Part shown: piece after piece, positions 38,101 through 50,478 of the stretch | How positions within the stretch are numbered: position 1 is the first letter of the stretch | Layout of the letters: every line of letters starts with the position of its first letter | Source: Takakia lepidozioides | Taxonomy: Eukaryota; Plantae; Bryophyta | DNA length: 64,000 nucleotides | Reading direction: 5' to 3' | NCBI GenBank assembly: GCA_030704615.1 | Contig: CM060731.1 | Location: 27,652,001 to 27,716,000 of the forward strand | Position numbers and translations under genes: made by a program | Notes under the pieces: generated by a model | What the model was told of the DNA's origin: nothing | What the model saw: the letters and a program-made list of their open reading frames with translations, nothing else | Database searches by the model: none

Positions 38101-41100
38101 TTGCTTTTTTTGGAAGTGTGTGCAGGTAAAAGACTACCCGGGCTATAATTTCATTGGTCTCATCCTTGGGCCACGGGGGAACACACAGAAGCGCATGGAG
38201 GCGGTATGCTCTCAAACTTTTCTAGCAACGGTTACTAGAGAGTGCACCCACCTGGGATTAGAAGACAGAGACAGATAACCTACGCTCTTTAGCCATGCAA
38301 GCTGGCACATGAAGAGAACATCGTGTGATCTCTTGCTGTTGTCATTTCACAAAAGCCGGAGGCAGGGAGGGAAAGTGAGAGAAAAGGGGGGATGGGGATA
38401 GTAAGATTTCATCACATGTGGAAGAGGATGGACACTTCTGACTCAAGAACCCTTGTGCGACCCACTTTATGAAACATTCAATTTACCAAAGACAGCAGCT
38501 GGCAGCTGTTAACAAAAAATTCAGTCACAACATGTTTCATCTATGAAGCTGGGTTGTATAGATGTTTACTAGGCTTGGGAATATTGACATATTAAACAGA
38601 CCTGAACTCTAAGATCCAGCCCTTATAGGACCATTGTTGGTCAATACTGCCCAAGTTCTTCTCGACTTGATGGGGTCGTTGACAGACTCGCCGATTCTTA
38701 TTCCAACAAATGCACGTCGACATAGTGGGAAGGAGTAGTGACAGCGTGGACTTTCGTAATCCTGTTGGAGTTGAGAAGGTGGAGCTGAAAGGGTGTGATT
38801 ATGAATTGCAGGAAACGGGCTCCAAGATAGCAATTCGTGGGAAGGGTGCTGTGAAGGAAGGGAAGGTAATGTGCAACCCTTGGTCACTTAAATCAAGTGG
38901 GAAAACCCTTTGTTTCATCTAAAGGCTCGTTTTTCTTAGGGACAATTTTGCAAACTGAAATGTGATTGTGATCATCTCTTTTTCTCATGCTCTTTCTCGC
39001 TTCCTCCAGAGGCCCCTGCTCATTGATTAGTGTACTGGTATACTGCAGCAACGTCCCCCGCAAGTAGGCCGCCGTGACAGCAAGGATGCAGAAGGTGCCT
39101 TTGAGGAGCTACATGTGCACATCACAGCTGACACCATAGAGAAAGTCGATGCAGCTGTTGCTCTCATTGAACCACTTTTGACGCCTGTCGATGTGAGTGC
39201 AGAAAATCTCTTACAGTATCAAGTCAATTTATGTACTCTACGGACTTGTCCAGTCTGAACCATGTATACCCTGATTTGAATTTCAAATCCACGATGCAAA
39301 TACTCAGGCCTGCTAAGTCTTGTTATGTTTTCAGACACTTGGGCAGAACCGTCAGACATTTACTTGTAATCAGAGGTTGAAGCAAGAAAGTTACTAAATG
39401 TAGACACTTCTTAACCGTAGGACACACTGCTGTTAAGTATGAGCTACATCAAAGTCAGATCAATGTATATACATTACTCTTCAGATAATTTGCTGTGCAG
39501 CCATGGGAATTCGTCCCCACCCCCGACCTTTAGGGTGAGAGGGTGACATAATTCCCTACTGCCTGTGAAATATCTGGCTCATCGTCTAATCAACTCCCCT
39601 CTTTTCTCCTCTTTCCCCCAATGCTTTTTTATTAAGCTCCTGTGTCGCCGTGTCCTCTAGGAAGCCTATTGACATTGGGTGGACTTGAAACGGGAGTACA
39701 TTAATGTCTCTGTGACTAAATGCCGGCCTTGTGACCTCGTGTCCTTGTTTGTTTCGACCTGAAGCGCTTTGCTTCAGGTAAGGTAGTGCAGTGGATTTAG
39801 TTGGAAAGCTTGGGGCCGTTCCCTCTTTAGAATATGCCTACACGGGCCATTCCCTGCAACTCCCTGGAGTGTGATCTCTGAATGGTAACAAGCGGACTCC
39901 TACCGCTTGGGGGCAGCCCCTCCGCCCAAATTGGGCAGTCGTATGCTCTGTCAAGCATACTCGGCACTTGGGCTCGGGTTGGTTCCTGTGCTTAAACTTA
40001 TGGCCTGCGAAAACAATCAAAAATTTAGCTCCTATCAACATCAACACTCCTCAGGGTGATCCCTGGGAATTGGTTACTTATGCCAAATCTAGGGCTTCAT
40101 GTGTAGTTTTTGGGGTGAATCCCAGGATGGACGATGTGTCCTTTAAAACTACATGCTCTAGCTTAGGCTTGGATTTCATGGCTAATGGTACCATCTCGAG
40201 ACTTGATAACAGGGGTACATTGAAGGTTGCAATGACCAAAAGTGCTTCTAATAGAGTCCCGCATCAATTCAATCTCAAAGAAGTTCGTCCCTTGACTGGC
40301 TGGAGAGCGGTCTTAGACATTGGTGATTCAATGGGGCGCTCTAGGAAGACAACCAAGGGCAACAACTTCAACTTGAGAGTTTCTAATCGGTTTGATGCTC
40401 TGGATGAGGTTGAATCCAAACAGCCAGAAGGACAAGATGCCCCTAAGTGTACGGAACCTGAATGTCCTGAATCTGAAGGATTTGGTACTCTGAATGGTTT
40501 ACCAATCCTCAAGGTTTACACAAGACGAACAAATTCTATACACGGGGTAATTGTCCCCAAGCCGTCAGATGGACAATCTGTCCCTAAGTGTGCAGAGCCT
40601 GAACGTCGTGTAACTGAAGGATTTGGTACTCTAAATGGTTTACCAATCCTCAAAGTCTACACAAGACGAGCAAAATCTATACACGGGGTAATTGTCCCCA
40701 AGCAGTCTGACGGACAATCTGCCCCTATGTGTGCGGAGCCTGTGCAAAATCTATACATGGGGTAACTGTCCCCCCTTTGCAGAACGGTTGGCCGTCCAGG
40801 AGCAATCACAAGCTACCTAGACGACAAACAATTCACACGCAAAGGGCTGGCTTGCGGCTGGCCACTTTCAACTTCTCAGGGTTGACCAACCAAAGGAAAC
40901 AACTTGAAGTGGGACAAGTTCTTCGGACTAATGATATTCATATCTGTGCTGGGCAAGAAACATGGGAAACGTCAGATAAACTGGTTGGAGATGTCATTGG
41001 TTATAAATGGGCAGGTAAGATGTGTACTCTCAAGGCAGCCTCTGCCAAACGCGGTCAAAAAGGGGTCGGATTCTTTGTACGTGATTTCTTGTTTGACAAT

Positions 41101-44100
41101 TGTGAAATTATCAACAAGGGTTTAAGGTACGAGCATAGTATCTGGCTAAAACTGAATTTGAAGGGCAGCATGAGTACAAAGGACCTCTTTGTTGGTTGTG
41201 TTTACATGCCCACAGAGGGGACCCTTAGTGCTGACGCAGACAAGGCCTTCGAAGATGTAAAGCTGGACTGTGCTTCGTTCCTTGCCAAAGGTCAGGTGGT
41301 ACTATTGGGGGACTTCAATGCCCGGGTGGGCAAAGGGATCCATCAGGACGATATCATTGGACCTTTTGGTGAGGACGAGCTGAATTCTAATGGCAGACGG
41401 TTAATTAACTGTCTAGAAGAGCTTCAGCTTTTGACCTTGAATAACAGGACAAGAGGTGACCAAGTGCAGTGGACTCGTGAGAAACCCCAAACTGGGGAAC
41501 GTTCCATTGTGGACTATATCATAATGGACAAAATTTTGTTCCCCCAGTGTGCCAATGTGTTGATCGACAAAACTGATATTGGTACCTCTGACCACTTCCT
41601 GGTTTGGACTGAGATCAAAAGGTGTTTTCCCACCACCAAGAGATCTGTGAAACGTTCGATTCGGAAGTGGCGCATAGAAAAATTCCACAATGAGGAGGTC
41701 AAGGCTGAGTACGTCCAGGCCTTGCAAGAGGCTCTCCCTCATTTTGTCCAATCGCTCCAAGAACTTCAGTCACGCTCTGTTAACGCAAGAAATGAAGTCG
41801 AAAGAGCAGTGGACTCTTGGGAGAGTTTCGTTTCCTCCATGGCTGACAAGATCATTGGGAGGAAACTAATTGTCTGCGGTAGAGCAGTTAATTGGTGGAC
41901 TAATGAGATTAAACTCAAGATAGCTGAGAGACGAGCCCTCTATAAAGAGTGCTGCAATTTGGAAACCAACAGAGAATTGTGGGCGAGGTACTACCAGCTC
42001 CGTAAAGATATCAATCAGCTTGTTAGGTCTCAGAAGAAATTACAAGTTATACAGTGAAATAAACTCAAACCACCATGGTGGTAATGACAAGAAATTCTGG
42101 TTGGCCCTTCAATGTTTGTACAAGCCGAAAAACGGTCAGCAAGTACAAGCGCTGAAAACTACTAAAGGTGCAGTGGTGACTTCATCGGTTGACATTGTCA
42201 AAACCTTTGAAACTCACTACAGTATCCTTGGCGGAACTTCTAGGTCTAACAGTGAGGGGTCTTCTGCTGAATGGAGGGACACAGTTGGAAAAACTGTTCC
42301 TATGATTCAAAACAGCCCTGATGAACTGGAGTATATTTCAATGGCTTATAATGCTCTCATTAGTTCTTCTGAGATTGTGGAAGCAATTGAACATTTAAAT
42401 GGATATAAAGCTGGTGGACCTGATGGTATTGTCAACGAGCTTATCAAGCACGGTGGCGATCCCATGATAGAGGCCCTAGTTCTCCTCTTTAACCTTTTCT
42501 GGAAGACTGAAATGATCCCCTTTCGCTGGCGACAGGGGGTCATTGTCAATCTATACAAGAAGGGTGACAGAGAAGAACCGGGGAACTACCGTGGCATCAC
42601 GCTCCTCAATGCTGTTGGCAAGACATTCTGCAGAGTTATAAGTGCTCGTCTCGAGGTTGATCTGGAGTCTAGAGGTTGTTTCCACGAAGGCCAAGCTGGC
42701 TTTCGGCGAAACAGGGGCTGTGTGGATCATATCTTCACTCTAAGCCAGATTATCCAGGGAAGGAAAAAAGAAGGGAAACCCACTTATGTCTTTTTCCTGG
42801 ATGTCAAAAAGGCTTATGACACAGTGTGGAGAGATGGCCTATGGTTCCGCCTCTGGTCTTGTGGGATCAAGGGAAAGATGTGGAGAGTTGTCCACAACTT
42901 GTATGCTCACACCAAAAGCTGTGTCACTGTTAACGGACAGAAGTCCAACTTCTTTGACATAGGTTTAGGGTTTAGGGTTTAGGGTTAGCTCAAGGATGTA
43001 CTCTCTCCCCTCTGCTCTTCAATGTTTTCATCAATCAACTCCTCGAGGATGTGGAAAGTGAGGGATTTGGGTTAAGGGTGGGTGATACCACCATACCAGC
43101 CCTTATGTTTGCGGATGACTTCGCAGGCATAGGGGAGACTCCAACCAATCTCCAGGAGTTGATTGATTGCGCGAAGAGATACTTTGATCTTTGGGGGCTA
43201 GAGGCTAATGTCAGCAAATGTGCAGTGGTAGCATTCAACGACAGAGGAGAGGGAGGAAGTGATCTTAAGTGGCAGTGGGGTAGCCAAGAGATCCCGGTCC
43301 TCCCTTCCTACACTTACCTGGGCGTTGAGTTCTCCTCCAATTGTAATTGGGATGCACATATCCGGAAAGTTGTTCAAACTGGCAAGGGCAAAGCTCTGGG
43401 GCTCACTAAATTTTTCCACTGCAGAGGGGTCAACTCTGAGGTTAAGAAAACCATGCTTTGTCGCGTTATTAGACCTGCCTTGGAGTACGGATCTGCTATA
43501 TGGGTTGATAACTCCAACCAGGCTAAGTCTCTAGAATCCATTCAAGTGGGGGTGCTTAAGGAGTGTATGTCAGCATGCTCCAAAACAGCCAATGTGGCTG
43601 TTCGGGGTGAGTTTGGCATTCCGTCCTTAAGCTCCCGACGAGATGAATTCAAGGTCAGATGGTGGGGTCAGCTGCAACATATGCCCAACACCAGATATCC
43701 TAAGTTAATTGACTCTATATCTTGGAAACAGGACCGCCCTGTCAAACAGGCTAAGTCCTGGCAGAAGAGAGTAGAAGAGATCCTCAAGGACCTGGACCTG
43801 GATCCGCAAGTCTTGACCCTGCTGGATAAATCTGACTTAGAGGCTGTAGTGTCCTCAGCCATGTCTGTTGCCATGAGATTGTCTGATGAAAATGAAGTTA
43901 GGCAGAAAACTTCCCTGAACTTGTTTCCAGTCTGTGACATGGGGGAGGACATCTTGGATGACCTCAAGGGTCTACCCACTCTCGGCACTAGACTGAAATT
44001 TAAACTCAGGGCAGGAAGCCTACCTTTGAACAGCAAACAGAAGCAGAGAGGAAAGGGAGAGTGCAATTGCCCGTTGTGTGGGCAATCTGAAGACAGTATT

Positions 44101-47100
44101 CATTTTCTGATACACTGTCCGGGGTTCTCTCACCAAAGAGACGCTCTCTTCAAATCTATTAAGGGAATTGTGCCTGTACCCCTGTTTACCAACTTTGAAA
44201 GTCTCGAGGCTGAGCCAAAAGCCCAGGCCCTCCTGAGGCCTAGTTTTTGGGCAAATCACACACAGCAGATTGATGCTTGTGTGAAGGGATTTCTAGAGGA
44301 TATCTGGAAAACCCGGATTAATTCTTTATATGGAGGTAAGTCTTACTACCAACGTCAGCCCCTGACAGAGGTAGGTTCTGTCCCTTTTGTTCCCGCTCAA
44401 ACTGGGCGCGGGGTCAATGGCCACAAGGCTACGGCAAACAACGTCTTATGAGTATTAAGCTCCTGTAGAGCTCTTTGAAATATGGAATACTACTGGCTCT
44501 GCAGGAGGACAGAAATACTCACAAGCGGAAGCAGCTTCGGGAGCTAGCAGAAATGAATGGTGAGGATTCAAACTTAGTGAAGGTTGCCTTTATTCATTAC
44601 TAACACACAGTAATGTTAGGAAACTGTTGATGAATGTTTACATGCTGATCAGATCAGTGGGAAGTGCTTGTACCTCTTTCTTCTACTTATTCCATCTTGA
44701 AAACAGGATTCCAGCATGTTCTGAATTCACACAAAAGGGAGTTTCAGTGGTATCCCCTTGCAATTTGTGCTGAGAGTACACATGGGTTTGGGCATGGCAG
44801 GAACTATGCGGGATTTCACTAAGGCATGTGCGCTCTGTGGTGATACGGGGCACCGAGAATGGCAATGTCCGAAGGACAGGCTGGTGACATTTCAATCCAA
44901 GGTAAAAGTTATCTCATATACCGTGTGGCGACAGGTTTTGCAAATGCTTGTGTGTAGTGACCGACAGTGTCGGAGTAAAGGGCAGTCGCTTGTGAAGTCT
45001 CTAGCCAATTATAGCACGTTATCTTTTTGTTTGTGCAGGTAGAAAGATTCTTCAAAAGTCTAGAGAGGTCGGGCCTCTTTTGGCTTTCTTAGGTGATTCA
45101 GCCCAATGTTTGAATTCGACATATCTCTCCATACAGAAGACACCATGATCAAATAAATTATGAAATTTTTGACCGTTTTGATGATGGTGTAATGCCATAT
45201 TAGTACAGCATATTAGTAGAGGGTATTGGTAGCTTCTTAATAGATTGAAGAATCACTCAGTGAAGTCTGGCATAATACCACTTCAAGGGGGAATCGCTGG
45301 GTTCTCTGGGGGGCTGTGTCTATTAGGAGGGTATGTGCTTGATTGGTAGCAAGTTGCTTTACCTTGCTGGTGATACAGTCGACCCTCTATAAATGTTCCT
45401 TTCACAACCTTCTAATGTTGGTTCAATTTCATATTCCTACCATTTTACAAACAATGTTATCAGTTATCTGTTACAAAATGTTACTCTCCTTCACTAAGTG
45501 GCCCTCAATAAGTGTTATTTTCCTCAAAACTAGATGTATGCATGTAACAAGTCCACCAGGAGACCACCTAACTTGGGGACCATTCATACAGCCGCTAAGG
45601 TTACAACTCATTATTTCCACCGATTTAGAATAACAGGATGAGGATGCACCAAGTTGATCAAAAAGCTTGTGTCATTAGAGAAGGATATAGCTACTCTCTG
45701 TGTCCAGAAGATTTGAAGATTTCTTGTCTAGAGGTTATTTTTTTAATTTCCAGTTTCTGCTAAAATGTTAGGTATCTAACTGTTTATTTATTCTTTTAAT
45801 TCAGAGTCGATATCTGTCATTGATTATCGCTCCATATCTGTTAGATTTTGGCTACTCCCGAGCCATAACGTATGTAAAGGGCAGGACTGTAGTATGGTTG
45901 TGTCAGTTGTTGCAAGCAGAGATGATCTGTCATTGATTATCGCTCCAAATCTGTTAGATTTTGGCTACTCCCGAGCCATAACGTATGTAAAGGGCAGGAC
46001 TGTAGTATGGTTGTGTCAGTTGTTGCAAGCAGAGATGATCTGTCATTGATTATCGCTCCATATCTGTTAGATTTTGGCTACTCCCAAGCCATAACGTATG
46101 TAAAGGGTAGGACTGTAGTATGGTTGTGTCAGTTGTTGCAAGCAGAGATGATCTGTCATTGATTATCGCTCCATATCTGTTAGATTTTGGCTACTCCCGA
46201 GCCATAACGTATGTAAAGGGTAGGACTGTAGTATGGTTGTGTCAGTTGTTGCAAGCAGAGATGATGCATTGGCAATTGCATCCCCAAAAGAGCATGAATT
46301 ATATGTTTGCCTGTTGTGGGTGTCGTTGGCCAGGTGTCTTGCCAAGTCTGTGGAGATGGGGGTCACCCGACCATCGATTGCCCACGCAAACCTACCAACA
46401 CTGCTCCTGGACAGGTTTCTTCTTGTTGCAACTGAAGTTCATGATGAAGGGAACCTTTAAGTTGGTAGCTGATGCCTTCATTGTTTCACAGTTTCCTGCT
46501 TTATTTGGTGAAAAACTTCCCCGGGTTTCTGTGCCATAGCTTTTCATGCTTCAAGTTATGATGTGTGTCAGGGTACATGAGGGGCAAGAGTGTGTACTGT
46601 ATGTTTGTTGGCTACTTCATATTCTACTGCATGTCACTGAGCTAGGTTCCAAGATTGTTCTCATGTTCCATATCTACCATGTGAGTTTTGGTGGATGAGT
46701 GTTGAGGTGGTGGGAAGTGGGGAAGTGAGGGGAATTAACCCATGGGTGATGATTGGATCCAACGTAAGTAGCTACATGCTGTAGACAGACTTTCTTCATC
46801 TTCCTTTGTAAGTTCTCCTTCAGCTTCATAACAAAATCCATCTAGAAAGTAAATTAGTCTTCTATCAGACAAGCCTCTCCTAGTGCATGGCTCAATTCAT
46901 TTTGTATATCTTGGATGGAAATGCAGGGCAAAGTTTTGGATAAGGAGTATCTCAGCTTCTTGGAGGAGCTGAATGATGGCTTAGGGGGGGTTACTTCTAC
47001 TCCTCCCCCTGCAGGTCCTTCCTTAAAGACAGGCCCTGCAGACACACCGAGGACCTCTCAGCCTCCAACCTCAACTCCTGGTGTGATCTCGTTCTTGTGA

Positions 47101-49035
47101 ACTTCAATTTCTACTTCAGAAGTTGTGTGTCAATTGTCTTAAACCAGCTACTTCCCACATTGTTAGTGTGTTTGGATGTAGTTCATCTCTCCTCTGGCCT
47201 GGTGCTTCTCTTGTTTGTTATGTGGTCTTGTCCCGTCTGCTCTTTCGGCTTTCAGGGGAGGACCTGAAAGTTGCTTTCTTTCTTGCTTCTAATTTTGCGA
47301 CTTGCATTCAGGTCCCAATTACATGATCAGACCTAGTGGTGGCCTGAATGTCCCTCCAGTAATGCCGAGGTCTGGCCCAGGCTTGGGATTTGTGATGCCA
47401 GCTTCAGATGCAATTGCAAGTCAAGTTCACAACCCTAGGGGAGGAGGTGGGTCACAGCCGATGTTAATCACCGCCTCTGGACCTCAACCCATGCCTTCCG
47501 CGTGGTCAAGACTTCCATCTGGCATACTCGAAGGAAGGATGGAGCTGGGCCAATATATAGGCGAAGCAGGGGGGGGCATTACAGGACCATCTGGAACAGG
47601 TGGCTTCAATTCAGTCAGCAGAGGGTTTGCACCACGTTCCAGTAACCCAGGGTTCAGTACAAACCCAGGAGCACATGGTGGGACAAGACCTGCAAATGCA
47701 GTATCAGGCCCCATGTTTCCTTTAGAGTTACGACCACCTCTTGGGTCCACACCAAGGGGTTTCAACAGTCAACCCCTCCTATGGGGTATGGACCCCACGT
47801 CAGCGGCAGCCAATAATCGGCAGCGAATGATAGAGCAAGAACAAGGGCATGGGTTTTCACCATATCCACCAGTGGTTGGGGGGCAGCATCCAAGACCGGT
47901 GGCAGGTGGGTCACTACTTGGCACTGGACCTTCCATTGTTGGGAACTCTACATACAGTGAAGGTCGACCAGGAGGGACTCCTCTACTTTCAACTCCAACT
48001 GGACATCCACTCGTCGGGTCATCTCTTCAGTCTTTTGCTGGGATCCCTAACTCCTCCGATGTGAAATCAGGCACCACCCAGATGTCTGGCAATATTCCTG
48101 GCTCTGTACCTTGGGACAAAGTGCCCTCTCACCCAGGTTGGGATAAAGGTGGCGGCCCACCTATGTGGCATCAGACCAGTGGTCAAACATGGGAATCTCC
48201 TCAGCAGATGCCCCCTTCACGTCTGGCACCTGTCTGGGACCGTGCCCTCCCCCTTGGTGACTCTCCAAGCCTTCCCTCCCCTGGACAAAACCCATGGGGG
48301 ACCAAACCGTCACCTTCGCAAACTATGCCTTCACATACATCATCTTCAACACCTCCAATCCCTGTTTCCATTTCAGAAGCTTCGTGGTCCACGAGGCAAA
48401 ATCTGCGACCCTGGCAAGGCATGCCGTCAGGTCAGCCACAGCATCAGATGTTACCTCAGCAGCCACGTCCGCCACTCACTTTCCTGGGTTCAGGTTCTAG
48501 CTATCCACCTTGGAGGGGTTCTGGCCCCCCTGTTCCCATGCCTGTCCCATCTGCAACCCAACCTTCAGAGTTTAAAGGCCTGCCGCCAGGTCATCTCCCA
48601 CCTCATCGACCTGTTCCATGGGATCTTGGACGAGATGGTGTCAATTTTTCAGTTCAGCAAACCCCCCATTTCACAGGATCTTTCCATACTAAGAGAAGTG
48701 TGAACCAATCATATGATCCATTTGTGCCCACTTCAGCAGCTGGTACACTGCAGCCTCCACCACTGGTACATGGCAATTTCAGACCAGCTATGGTGGGAAA
48801 TTGGGATAAAAAAGGTGTGCAAGGGAGAGGCCCCGAATCATTTGGAGGTACTGGAAGCCAACCGGTGTTTGTTGGGGCCAGAGAGAACCCTGCCTTGCAG
48901 CAGCATTCCCTATCAATGACATCAGGGTCAAACCTCTCCCTCGCTCCACCCCCAGCTCCTCCTGTCCCTCCTTCAGGTGTTCAAGAAGTAGACGCTGAGT
49001 ATGAAAAGCTTATGGCATCTGTTGGAGTAACATAG
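35165..49035 (+). CDS. SF1/branchpoint-binding-protein-like KH-QUA2 RNA-binding protein (At3g32940-type paralogue), 12 exons, ~1037 aa. Exons: 35165-35629, 36775-36903, 37248-37293, 37636-37718, 38126-38203, 38812-38865, 39049-39192, 44505-44559, 44801-44901, 46334-46414, 46927-47080, 47312-49035
   Basis: [41 protein letters not shown] motif [21 protein letters not shown]2 [14 protein letters not shown], two CCHC knuckles, a Pro-rich tail and C-terminal [12 protein letters not shown]. Phases are consistent; the start codon is less certain. Confidence 0.92.
40421..40775 (+). repeat. 141-bp (47-aa) tandem repeat in the LINE N-terminal region: two full units plus a third with a 67-nt internal deletion
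   Basis: GGACAA anchors at 40430, 40571 and 40712. Confidence 0.9.
42964..42984 (+). repeat. Interstitial telomeric repeat (TTTAGGG)3 within the LINE RT
   Basis: Read directly: AGG TTTAGGG TTTAGGG TTTAGGG TTAGCT. Confidence 0.95.
45812..46265. repeat. 4 x 113-bp near-perfect tandem repeat in intron 9 of the SF1-like gene
   Basis: Units start at 45812, 45925, 46038 and 46151 and differ by only a few substitutions. Confidence 0.97.
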
Positions 49036-49895
49036 GGAAGCTTGTGGCATAAGGATATCTTGTTTCTTTGCCAGAGGTTGGTGTCCATCTCTTTTGCCGT
49101 GTATGTTTGTGGGTGTGCAAGCCTTTGTTTCTGTACCCCAAGTGTGTAGGACACCCTGATATTCTCAAAGCTCATATGAGTTCCCAACATATGAAGTCCT
49201 TCAAGAGCTCAAAGTGGACTCCATGTAAGGTCTGCCTTTTTTGTACATCAAACTTAGTTAACAAGTGACATCGTTGGCATGTTTAATATTGGACTCTCCA
49301 TTGGACTGCAATCTCATTTTATTTGCTTAGGTGATTTGACTAATCAAGATGGAAATTGAAATTGGATTATCATAATCTTCACATCTCCACTGGACAATCC
49401 AGATTCAGCTTTGGTATGAGCAATCCTATGCAGGTACATTGAGTAGTAGAAGCTTAAGACCGAGACGCCTGCTGGCCTGGGCTATACTGCTTTATGGTGT
49501 CTGCCTGTGGAGCCCCTACTTATATGGACATGGCAAGGCTCCACCTGGATCCATGCTCAGTATTCAAGCCATGCTTCATAGTGGCATGAATGGCAAGTAT
49601 GACATGCATGCATGGACGGATGGCAGATGGAACACATGAAACCATTTTCCATCAATTAACAAAAAGACATCCGATTATTTGAGTTGGGAAACCAAAATTG
49701 ATGTTTATTCATCGACTTTTGAAATTTTGGTTTGAAGTCAAATTGCACAAATCCAAAAGTATTGTTGAAAATAATGAGTGTGTATCTACTTGAACTTCCT
49801 TCAGAAACTTGCCCACAATTTGGTCAGAGTTGATGTCTAGATCCCAGCAGATGGAATTGCTTACCTCCCTACATGTTTCAAAGAGCAGTTTTATC

Positions 49896-50379
49896 CAGTG
49901 TTGGACTGGTATGCCGATAAGAAACTGGTATCAATACTGGTATGTATACTGGTATGAAGTACCAGACCAGTCTGGTATCACCTCAGGCCACTACCTAGCA
50001 TATACCCGTATTGGTCTGGTATCTGCTTCCTAATACTGTGAACGATACCCTTACCAGTCTGGTAGGTGGTTGAAAATCTGGTACCTGATACCAGTACCAT
50101 ATGCATGTTTGTGAGGAAAACCTAGGTATCAATACGTTGAGGAATACTTTGATCAATGAGAAGCATGCTTGTACACATTTATATGAGAAGTGGGCCTTTC
50201 AATATTTAACATATCATGAGATACCCGTAAAACACCACACCAATCAGGTATTATTGATACCACCATGGTATCCAAATCTCAGATTTTTGCCAATACCACT
50301 ACCTCCCTGGTATCACAATTGGCCAGAGGCCTATAGTACCAGCCTGGTGTGTTCAAAATACGATACCAGTCCAACACTG
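49896..50379. mobile_element. Non-autonomous hAT element
   Basis: 17-bp TIR CAGTGTTGGACTGGTAT/ATACCAGTCCAACACTG and a perfect 8-bp TSD GTTTTATC. Confidence 0.9.
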
Positions 50380-50478
50380 GTTTTATCATGTGCAATTACT
50401 TTGCACCATTATATATACCCTAGCACCTACCGACCTAGCATTCTGTTTAGAAGATACATTGTTGACTATTGTTCAAAC

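Larger units (their letters stand above)
39644..44452 (+). mobile_element. Full-length non-LTR retrotransposon (APE endonuclease + RT + C-terminal Zn finger; RTEX-like), inactivated, in intron 7 of the SF1-like gene
   Basis: 14-bp TSD TATTAAGCTCCTGT at 39630-39643 and 44453-44466. APE motifs [25 protein letters not shown] motifs [33 protein letters not shown]. Zn finger CPLC...HFLIHC. The clade assignment is inference. Confidence 0.93.

Noticed and set aside
45812-46265. CRISPR-like array
   Set aside because: The units are contiguous 113-bp tandem copies with no unique spacers, in a eukaryotic intron.
46120-46539. ORFs built from the 113-bp repeat
   Set aside because: They are by-products of the tandem repeat; the real exon is 46334-46414 in another frame.
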